Shown: one piece after another, positions 26,495-34,652 of the stretch | Layout of the letters: each line of letters starts with the position of its first letter | Position numbering within the stretch: the stretch's first letter is position 1 | DNA from: an uncultured bacterium | GTDB lineage: Bacteria; Armatimonadota; Hebobacteria; CAIYQO01 | DNA: 51,434 nucleotides | NCBI GenBank assembly: GCA_964573385.1 | Contig: CAZNLA010000001.1 | Span: forward strand, 1-51,434 | Reading direction: 5' to 3' | Notes under the pieces: model-generated | What the model saw: the letters and a program-made list of their open reading frames with translations, nothing else | The model's database searches: none | Told to the model about the DNA's origin: nothing | Translations under genes and position numbers: made by a program

Positions 26495-27496
26495 ATGAGT
26501 TCTCCATTTTGGCCTTCCTGCAAAGTTGATATGCTTTGCGGGGAGGCAGATTTTGATAATATAATAATTCGCACTGATAGTATGACTGATCCTCGGAATG
26601 ATCGTGTTCTTCCGATCATGCAAGAGGAACAGATATTTATGTGTCGTGAAATGCTTTCGGTGTTACGTAAATTACCTGCCAATGCGTTAATTCTTGATGT
26701 TGGCACAGGTAGCGGTATTTTTGCTATTTATGCTGCTAAACAAGGGTTTAGAGTAATAGCTATTGATATTGCTTCCCGGGCTATTTCAATGGCTATAGAA
26801 AATGCAATCACTAATAATATTGTGATCGCTGATTCACCAGGTAATTTGAAACCTGGCTCTATTTGCTTTATTCAAATAAGTGTGGAAGATTTTGCTGATA
26901 TTCAGTCAAATCAACAGGCATTTGATCTCGTTATTCTTGCACCTCCATACAACCCTACAGCACCAGGTATATCTCCAGCTTTACATGCTTATGCTGCTGA
27001 AGATGGGCAACGTGCATTCCGCGAGCAAATACAGATAGCGCCTCATCTGTTGAAACCCGGAGGATATTGTATAGGAAATCAGATGAGTATCTCAGATGCT
27101 ATCGGTAAAGTAATAGCAATTGACGAAATCATTGAATCATTTAACAATCATTGCGAAATTGAATACTCACGTATTCTTCAAAAGTTTCCTAATCACTCCT
27201 GGAAGGAAAATGATTTAGGTGATATATCCATTCGTGATTTTTTAGAAGGTATGTACCAGAACTATTTAACTGGTAATTTACCTGCTAAAAATAATATAAA
27301 TTCTTTAAATATTAAAAAATATATAGATAAGATGAGTATAAATGATAATTACTTTGCTTTGATATATTATCAGATACGAAAAGTTGATTCAAAAATGCCA
27401 AGTGATACAAAATGTTATACATCGCTATTATCTCCTCCTATCAGTTGGGAGCACAGGATTTGGCTTCACCAGTGTATTGTTGATTTTTTTGAATAA
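26495..27496 (+). CDS. Class I SAM-dependent amino-methyltransferase (HemK/PrmC-like, PPY motif)
   Basis: 333 aa, starting 19 nt after the SBP stop. Motif I is ILDVGTGSGIFAIYAAKQG (nt ~26695). Motif IV is FDLVILAPPYNP (nt 26939-26956). The N-terminal DPRNDRVLPIMQEEQIF is paralogous to the next gene. Confidence 0.7.
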   Translation: MSSPFWPSCKVDMLCGEADFDNIIIRTDSMTDPRNDRVLPIMQEEQIFMCREMLSVLRKLPANALILDVGTGSGIFAIYAAKQGFRVIAIDIASRAISMAIENAITNNIVIADSPGNLKPGSICFIQISVEDFADIQSNQQAFDLVILAPPYNPTAPGISPALHAYAAEDGQRAFREQIQIAPHLLKPGGYCIGNQMSISDAIGKVIAIDEIIESFNNHCEIEYSRILQKFPNHSWKENDLGDISIRDFLEGMYQNYLTGNLPAKNNINSLNIKKYIDKMSINDNYFALIYYQIRKVDSKMPSDTKCYTSLLSPPISWEHRIWLHQCIVDFFE

Positions 27497-27622
27497 TTTT
27501 AAATTGTTATTCTTTTCATCCCCAATATTAAACATTTTGAGGATAATAAATAAAAAATATTATATAGTCAGGAGGATTTTTATTTTTCAAGAAGAAAAGT
27601 AATATAGTGTTGTAAGAATAAC

Positions 27623-30600
27623 GTGTCATCGTTGGGAGATAATACTGATATGGCATCAATTGAGAACTTTGAATGGATTCCCTGTTTAGCTGATCGGGAA
27701 CGTGGGATAGCGTTTTTTGACGGTATCACTATTGAGGCTGATCCTGTCACCGATCATAGATGGGATAGAGTTCTCCCTGTTTTAGAGGAAGAGCAAGTCT
27801 TTTCCTGCCGTATGATGTCTCAATATGGAAATTTGCAACCGGGTGAAATAGTACTCGATTTTGGTACAGGTAATGGAGTATATGCAATTTGGGCAGCTAA
27901 AAAAGGTTGTAAAGTTCTTGCAATAGATGTTTCTCCTCGTGCAATTCAATATGCAGCATATAATGCAGAAAAAAATGGTTTGGAGTCATTAATTGCTAAA
28001 AGCATTAATGAGGCCAAAAATAAATTAGCAAATGCCAAAAATGAATCCATTATATTTTGCGAACTTTTTCTTGAAGAAGTAACAGAACATCAAGATTGTT
28101 TGAATGGTGTATTTGATGTAATTATTCTTTCACCACCATATAATCCTACTAAGGAAGGCGTACTTCCTCCAGAACATGCTTTCAGAGCAGGAGCAGATGG
28201 TCAGGAAGCTTTTGAAAAACATATTGCTATAGCTTCAACCTTAATTAAAAAAGGCGGTCGAATCATTGGTAATCAGATGGCATTATCTGATGGGAATGAT
28301 AATATTAGCGCCTTGGAAATAATAGCAGATAAATTCAAGGATAAAGTATTTGCTGTTAACTATTGTAAAATTATTCCTGATGATCTCCCAATACGTGAAT
28401 TTTGTGAAAAGCAGTATAGCCACTTATTAGAGAATGAAAAAGAAAAAGAGAATGAAAAAGATAAAGATAAAGATAAAGATAAAGATAAAGATACAAAGAA
28501 GTTTAATGATTATATCGAATCTATTTTATTAAATAATAGGGATTTAGATAAGTTTTCCATGGTATGGTATATGATACATGTTGATACTAAAAGAAAAATT
28601 ACTAAATTATCTATTCCTATAAAATGGGCACAAAATAAAGAAGATGATATTTGGAATAAACGTATTGATTTACATAAAAATATTGTTATGCGAACATCGA
28701 CGTTAAACAGTATTCCAGCACCGACTTTGTTTGTCAAAAATGGTCTTCCTATGTATAAGGCGATCCTAGGACCATCTGTAATAAAAAGTAAGAACGAGCA
28801 ACTTAATAATATATTAGATGATTCAAGTTTATTAAAAGGGAAGCAAATAGATAAGTTTATTAAAGATTCTGGGATGCTTGATTTTTTTGATATTATTTTT
28901 GTTGATACAGCACCATGGTTTAAACAAGCAGTTAATTTTGAAGATATTTTTGAAGAAGCAAGAGTTTGGATAAATGCAGATATTGAAAATGATAATGAGA
29001 ACGTATTAAATGCTACCCGATTGCTTATTAATTGGCAAATAAATACCTGGGCATTGCAAAATTCAAAATGTGGTATTTATCAACACCCTCATTTTACTGG
29101 TGCAAATGCACCAGGTGAATGGCGTGGTATTAATTATTCAACGATATCATCAAACGAGAAAATAGAATCAATATTATCACGCATACGTACAGTTACTGGT
29201 GAACCAAAAGAGACTGAAGCGACAAAAAAACAGTTTTGTGATATGTTGAAAAAAGTAAAGATGAGTTTTAAAACTTATAATAGTATAGAAAAAGATATTT
29301 CAGCATTAAAACCTATTAATAAAGAATGGGATGATAATGACGTTTTCCAACTGGACCCATCAACAAAAAGAATAAAAAAAATAGATAAAAATATTGATGA
29401 AGATGTTGATAATGTAATTGTTTATCCAAAACGTTCGTTTTCTTGTACTTTATCACTTGAGGATTTAGTAGATGCAGAACAACAAAGTAAAAAAGATCCT
29501 TACGATGAATATAGGGAGGCATTAGATGAAAGAATAAATCAATTATTCGAAAATGTAAATAAAACAAAATATAATAAAGAAAATGCAATTGCTAAAGATT
29601 TAGATTTATGTCATCTTGTCATGCATAAAATGGTTGATGAAGAATTTAGTAAAATTGTAAATGGTGATATTAATAACCAGTTTAGAACATCTTCTTTAAT
29701 TAGTATCCCTCTTACGTTATCTGAGAATTCTGACAATAAAGATGATAGTAAAATTCCAGATACATATCGTGGCAGTGCATGGATTTATGCGAAATACAAA
29801 AAAGGCGATTCATGGACCCCAAAGCATGAAGAAAAATTACTGGAACTTGTACGTGCATTATGGATGATTCATGATAGTAAATATAATACAGAGTCGACAG
29901 AACGTTATGCTAAAGCCACAAAGGAAATGGCTCTAAGTTCTTATGCGCGTGGTGCTGCTCATGGATTTAAAAATGCAATGCTATTGCCTCCGTTATTTCT
30001 TGAAAATACCGGTCGTTCAATGAGAAAATATAACAATTTAGGTGGAAAGTTAAAAGTTACGATTGGCTTGTTAACTGATATTGCTGAAGTTGAAGATAAT
30101 ATTCATATTACTAATTGCCTGTTACAACTGCTTCAATCACAAGCGCAACTGTTTTTTTGGGTAATGGCGCCAGATCGTTTTGAAGATGAGAAAAAAGATA
30201 ATCGTCAAGTACAACGTTGGCCACTGATGTCATGTGGTATTCTTACGGTATACACTGCTTTGTTGGGTTTAGCTATAATTTTTACAACAACAGATGTATC
30301 AGATTCTCGCGAGAGAATGTTAGTAGATGATAGTGAAACAAATTGGAGAAAAGCAAAAGCAAAATCTGTATCACGTGACGCTATACAAATTAATATGGGT
30401 GGAACAGTATATGATGATAATATGATTAATTTATCTCTGGCAAATGTTAATCTTCCTAATTTCTCTATATCCGCCTCATTTACTCCATCTGCAAATCAAA
30501 CTAGCAAGGTAAGTGGTGTTTTCCGAGGTGCATTAGAAGGTATACTTATTGAATTATTTCAAAATGCAATACGTGCTGCACTTGATTGTCCTTGTGATGA

Positions 30601-30913
30601 ACAATCATTTGTTAAATTCAGTGTTAAATCTGATGAATTACTCACTATTATTACAATTATTAATACAGCGCGAGCAGAGAAAGCAAAGCGTTTATGGAAA
30701 CTACTGGATATAGAAAAATCTAAAGATGAAAGTTATAATCCAAGTGGTGGCATTCGAGGTCTTAGGCAAGTACAAACGTTAATTAGTGAGATAGGTGAAG
30801 GATTACCTTTTAAAGAAGTAATCTATCCTTCTCCTGATGATGATTACGATCCCGATACATTTCCTGATGAAAAAATTGTTGAAATCACTTGGATAATTAA
30901 GTTAAATATATAA
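27623..30913 (+). CDS. Methyltransferase paralog fused to a large region ending in a histidine-kinase/GHKL-like module (weak)
   Basis: 1096 aa. The MTase motifs are DHRWDRVLPVLEEEQVF, VLDFGTGNGVYAIWAAKKG and FDVIILSPPYNP. There is a (DK)n linker. A possible H-box is GAAHGFKNAMLL (nt ~29954), a possible N-box is LIELFQNAIRAA (nt ~30551), and a possible G2-like box is SGGIRGLRQV. No DxGxG box is present. Confidence 0.55.
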   Translation: MSSLGDNTDMASIENFEWIPCLADRERGIAFFDGITIEADPVTDHRWDRVLPVLEEEQVFSCRMMSQYGNLQPGEIVLDFGTGNGVYAIWAAKKGCKVLAIDVSPRAIQYAAYNAEKNGLESLIAKSINEAKNKLANAKNESIIFCELFLEEVTEHQDCLNGVFDVIILSPPYNPTKEGVLPPEHAFRAGADGQEAFEKHIAIASTLIKKGGRIIGNQMALSDGNDNISALEIIADKFKDKVFAVNYCKIIPDDLPIREFCEKQYSHLLENEKEKENEKDKDKDKDKDKDTKKFNDYIESILLNNRDLDKFSMVWYMIHVDTKRKITKLSIPIKWAQNKEDDIWNKRIDLHKNIVMRTSTLNSIPAPTLFVKNGLPMYKAILGPSVIKSKNEQLNNILDDSSLLKGKQIDKFIKDSGMLDFFDIIFVDTAPWFKQAVNFEDIFEEARVWINADIENDNENVLNATRLLINWQINTWALQNSKCGIYQHPHFTGANAPGEWRGINYSTISSNEKIESILSRIRTVTGEPKETEATKKQFCDMLKKVKMSFKTYNSIEKDISALKPINKEWDDNDVFQLDPSTKRIKKIDKNIDEDVDNVIVYPKRSFSCTLSLEDLVDAEQQSKKDPYDEYREALDERINQLFENVNKTKYNKENAIAKDLDLCHLVMHKMVDEEFSKIVNGDINNQFRTSSLISIPLTLSENSDNKDDSKIPDTYRGSAWIYAKYKKGDSWTPKHEEKLLELVRALWMIHDSKYNTESTERYAKATKEMALSSYARGAAHGFKNAMLLPPLFLENTGRSMRKYNNLGGKLKVTIGLLTDIAEVEDNIHITNCLLQLLQSQAQLFFWVMAPDRFEDEKKDNRQVQRWPLMSCGILTVYTALLGLAIIFTTTDVSDSRERMLVDDSETNWRKAKAKSVSRDAIQINMGGTVYDDNMINLSLANVNLPNFSISASFTPSANQTSKVSGVFRGALEGILIELFQNAIRAALDCPCDEQSFVKFSVKSDELLTIITIINTARAEKAKRLWKLLDIEKSKDESYNPSGGIRGLRQVQTLISEIGEGLPFKEVIYPSPDDDYDPDTFPDEKIVEITWIIKLNI
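28460..28495 (+). repeat. (GATAAA)5 + GATACA in-frame hexanucleotide microsatellite
   Basis: Five perfect GATAAA units (28460-28489) followed by GATACA. It encodes DKDKDKDKDKDT inside ORF 27623-30913. Confidence 0.95.
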
Positions 30914-30974
30914 TGTTAAGTTAATATAAATTAATTTGTAAATTAATAACGTTCTTACACTAAAAGGAGAAAAA

Positions 30975-32894
30975 ATGCGACAAAATAATAGTTTATATAC
31001 AGTTTGGATAGCAGATGACCAAATTGGAAAAAGCGTGAAAGACCAATTAAGAGAAATATATACTGATGATTGTTTAATTATAAAGGGCTTTGATACCGCT
31101 TTCTCAGTACAAGAAGAAATTAATAGAGCTAAAAAACATAATGATATTTCTATCCTGCCAGACATTGCGGTTTTTGATGTAAATTTTAATGAGAATTTAG
31201 AACCTGGTGATGTTAAAGGTAATAATAAAGAAGGTATTCGTATTGCAGGTAATTTGCAAAAATTAGCCACAGAACTAGGCGTTTATGATAATATGAAACT
31301 TAAAGTATATACTGCTGATCCCAATATAGAAGAATATATAGAAAATTTTATAAAGGATTGTGGTGAAGCTTTAAAGTTTGAAGTTAATATAAAGCAAAAT
31401 TCGACTAGATTGAACTCTATTATTTTAGATGTAGAGGATATGTTATGGAAAATATCAACGGAACGAATTTTAAGCAAAGGATTAATCATATCCCCAAATA
31501 TATATATGTCATTATCGTTGTTTTGTACACCAATTATTCAACGATATAAAGATATGTCTTTAATTGAAGTAATCAATAAAGCAAAACAATATGCCTTAGA
31601 ACTTGCAAAGCAATTATCACAAGCTACGTTACCATTAGGAATGAATTTCCCCATATTAATTTTTTCTAATCCTCGTTCCATAGAACAAATTAAAAATGTT
31701 ATTTTCAATACACAATTAGGGTATGCTGTTAGACAAAATTATTATGATATAAATAGATCTTTAGGTGAAGCATTTGATAAGCTTGTTACTACATTGAGAG
31801 AATTACATAAAATAGAAAAATCTTTAGGACCTACTGATGAGGAAGAAGAAAAATGGGATAGTATACAAATTACAAGATTATATCCAATACGTGATGTAGC
31901 CGGCGATTTCCCTAATGTTGCTCGTTGGTTAAACAAAGATATTAATTTTATCGATGAATTATATATTGATTTATTAAAAGCAATAGACATCATTTCTGAA
32001 TATGATAACCACCTATTATTAGCTAAATCATTAAAAACAATTAATGGAGAACAGTTAACCCCGTTAGCAAAAGCCTGTCATAATGTTGTATGTGAAGATG
32101 ACATTGAAAAATGGGTAAATGAATCTCATCTTAATATAAACGAAATTAATGGTAGAACTATTATTCAAAGAATAGAGGATGCAGGAAATACAATTAAATC
32201 TGTGTATGAAGATCACTGTAGAAAAAAATGTAAAGATTATCACCTACTACCAAATAGAACCATTCCATTCGGATTAGATAGATGTAGTATATGTAAATTA
32301 AATATTGCAGGACCATATACAGCTTTTGGGAAAGATTATGAAAAAGGACAAGGTAGCATTCATAAACCACCTGTAAGAGAAATGTTTGAAGATACATTTA
32401 GGAATAATGTTAATAAAATCATATCTGTAGATGACCAAGAGATATTAAAAGAAGTTGGTAAGTTGGAAATAGAGGGTAAATTAGATACAGTAGTTTTAAC
32501 TGACTGGTCATATTTTTTTGTAAATACTGATGGAGTCTTTAATAAACTTTGTCAAAATGGGCAAAGTAAGATAGATACTTGCGAGGTTACTAAAATAATA
32601 ATTAACGTGACATATAATTCTAATCTTGACACAGTGGATTTTTATTTATATTTTAAACGTAGCCGTCCAATTGACCACACTAATGAATTTCCTGGCGAAA
32701 CAGGTCAATTACTAAAGCAATTATGCGGTTGGGGAGTTTCATATTATCGATATTCTAACGATCGCAACGAAATTGTAAAAAAATCTATATGGCCAACAAG
32801 TAATAAAAGTGATCGTATTCCAAATAATAATAATGAATACTTTCTTGAAGTAGTATGGACTTTTACGAATTATGCTAAAAAAAGGATTATCTAA
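30975..32894 (+). CDS. Hypothetical protein with an N-terminal receiver-like domain
   Basis: 639 aa with SD AAAGGAG. The receiver-like pattern is YTVWIADDQ ... IAVFDVNF ... LKVYTADP. A Cys cluster CRKKCKDY...CSICK is present. The C-terminal part is unassigned. Confidence 0.5.
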   Translation: MRQNNSLYTVWIADDQIGKSVKDQLREIYTDDCLIIKGFDTAFSVQEEINRAKKHNDISILPDIAVFDVNFNENLEPGDVKGNNKEGIRIAGNLQKLATELGVYDNMKLKVYTADPNIEEYIENFIKDCGEALKFEVNIKQNSTRLNSIILDVEDMLWKISTERILSKGLIISPNIYMSLSLFCTPIIQRYKDMSLIEVINKAKQYALELAKQLSQATLPLGMNFPILIFSNPRSIEQIKNVIFNTQLGYAVRQNYYDINRSLGEAFDKLVTTLRELHKIEKSLGPTDEEEEKWDSIQITRLYPIRDVAGDFPNVARWLNKDINFIDELYIDLLKAIDIISEYDNHLLLAKSLKTINGEQLTPLAKACHNVVCEDDIEKWVNESHLNINEINGRTIIQRIEDAGNTIKSVYEDHCRKKCKDYHLLPNRTIPFGLDRCSICKLNIAGPYTAFGKDYEKGQGSIHKPPVREMFEDTFRNNVNKIISVDDQEILKEVGKLEIEGKLDTVVLTDWSYFFVNTDGVFNKLCQNGQSKIDTCEVTKIIINVTYNSNLDTVDFYLYFKRSRPIDHTNEFPGETGQLLKQLCGWGVSYYRYSNDRNEIVKKSIWPTSNKSDRIPNNNNEYFLEVVWTFTNYAKKRII

Positions 32895-33646
32895 TGTCTG
32901 ATATTTCAATTGATAATAATCAAATACCTTTATATGAAGATATTCATAAGAATCAAGATGATGTTTTTCTTTTTATAGATAGTGAATTAGAAAAACATAA
33001 ACTTGATTATATAGTGAAAGAACATTCCAAATATTGTAAAAAAGGTTTTGACATAGCATGTCTGGATTTGTTTATTACTGATCCAGTGGTGAAAGTTGTA
33101 TTATTACATGTAAAGGATGAAAACAATTATAGTAAAAGTTATGCGAAGATTGCGATTAATGCATACAAGCCATTAATTATATTCTCTGGTGAGAAGTCGT
33201 TAGCTTCTGAGATGACTTCTAATTTAAAAGAAGAATTTATTCATGCAAAAATAGATGGTTATAATTCTGATGAATGTTCACGTAGATTACATCGAGCCTT
33301 AAGAACAAAGCCACCGAGTATTGATCCTTTATTTGGACACGATGAATTAGAAATTGTTCTTGAAGTTTTAACTATAATTTGGGGATTATCATTAAAACTG
33401 GAAATGAATAATGAGTTTAACTTAATTGGAAGTTTTAAAGAAAATGAAATGCTTCGGGAAGGATTATTTAATATTTGCAGTTCATACATTTGTCCGGATA
33501 ACCCTTGGGGAGAAGGTCAGTTAACTATTAAAGGTATAGATGATGAAATAGACAAATGCGAAAATAATACTCAAATTTTTAATTCTGTAATAGTAAAACT
33601 ACGAGATAGTTTACTTGAGTGGGCAGATAAATGTGATAAGATTTAA
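32894..33646 (+). CDS. Hypothetical protein (possible degenerate receiver fold)
   Basis: 250 aa. Its start overlaps the previous stop (ATCTAATG). The pattern VFLFIDS ... IACLDLFI ... PLIIFSGE is weak. Confidence 0.45.
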   Translation: MSDISIDNNQIPLYEDIHKNQDDVFLFIDSELEKHKLDYIVKEHSKYCKKGFDIACLDLFITDPVVKVVLLHVKDENNYSKSYAKIAINAYKPLIIFSGEKSLASEMTSNLKEEFIHAKIDGYNSDECSRRLHRALRTKPPSIDPLFGHDELEIVLEVLTIIWGLSLKLEMNNEFNLIGSFKENEMLREGLFNICSSYICPDNPWGEGQLTIKGIDDEIDKCENNTQIFNSVIVKLRDSLLEWADKCDKI

Positions 33647-33702
33647 CTGATGTTATGTATGTTTGATATTGTCTAAATGCTTATATTGAAAAAAGGTAAC
33701 AG

Positions 33703-34644
33703 ATGAAGATACATTATGAACACACTGCAATTAAGGCAATATTTGAAGCATATAAATTACCTGATAATCTTAATTATTTACCAGTAGTATTAGCCTGGTC
33801 ATCTTACGAGTCATTATGTTTGTATCCTGAATATTCATTTTTACCAGTAGGTGTAGCTACGTATCTTCAACTACCACAATCTATATCTGAAATAAATAAT
33901 GTTATTTTTAAACACAAAGAACAAAAGATTTCAAATCGTTATATTGAATTGCAATACCCTATATATCAATTAGAACAGAGTTTAATATTTGTTGAAAATG
34001 ATTTAAAATCTAATGATTATATTCAAGCAAGAAATCGTATTAGTCATATTAAGCGATTCTGTAATAGATATTGGTCTTTTTTATTAGATCCTTATTTATG
34101 CTTATTGAATGATTCAACATATATTGATAGTAATGACTCATTATTTGCATGTCAGAAATTTTTCGATGTTTTACAATTTTTATCATGGATGTCATGCAAA
34201 AAGATATTTTACGCAAATGATAAAAATCAATGTTCCGTTATACAGGATGGTTTTGTTTCTCTGGAAACAATAGTTTTAAATGCGTCTCTTTTTCAGTCAT
34301 CTTTACCGCAAATGCTGCAAAACGCATTACAAAATATAGACGGCCAGCAATGGTGGATAATTCTGCAGGAAGAGATAATACTCGCGCGGACAGAGATAGA
34401 AAAATGGGGTGGACATTTGTTTTCCCCAGTAATATATCAACAAATATGTGAGATGGTAGACGTTACCAATCGGGTGTCTAATATATTAAATCATTGGACA
34501 AAATTGCATCTAACTGATGAGATGATAAAATCACAAATCTCTGAATTGCACCAGGGATTAATAGATATCCGTAATGGATTCGATGCAATTCAAACCGGAT
34601 ACGAGGAAATGACTGGCGCTTTATTAAAACTCGCAAAAGGGTAA
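33703..34644 (+). CDS. Hypothetical protein, paralog of ORF 37291-38205 (pseudo-receiver + helical module)
   Basis: 313 aa. MKIHYEHTAIKAIFEAY...LPVVLAWSSYESL...YLQLPQSISEINNVI...YQLEQSLIFVEND aligns with MTILYEHKSIQLIFQSF...DFFIGWSARNKL...YLHLPCSTEEIRKFI...WQLAESMRLLENN. Confidence 0.55.
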   Translation: MKIHYEHTAIKAIFEAYKLPDNLNYLPVVLAWSSYESLCLYPEYSFLPVGVATYLQLPQSISEINNVIFKHKEQKISNRYIELQYPIYQLEQSLIFVENDLKSNDYIQARNRISHIKRFCNRYWSFLLDPYLCLLNDSTYIDSNDSLFACQKFFDVLQFLSWMSCKKIFYANDKNQCSVIQDGFVSLETIVLNASLFQSSLPQMLQNALQNIDGQQWWIILQEEIILARTEIEKWGGHLFSPVIYQQICEMVDVTNRVSNILNHWTKLHLTDEMIKSQISELHQGLIDIRNGFDAIQTGYEEMTGALLKLAKG

Positions 34645-34652
34645 TAATTCGA

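Noticed and set aside
27384-27602. 72-aa + strand ORF bridging the end of the first methyltransferase gene and the intergenic region.
   Set aside because: It overlaps the MTase C-terminus in another frame. It has a low-complexity product and no RBS.
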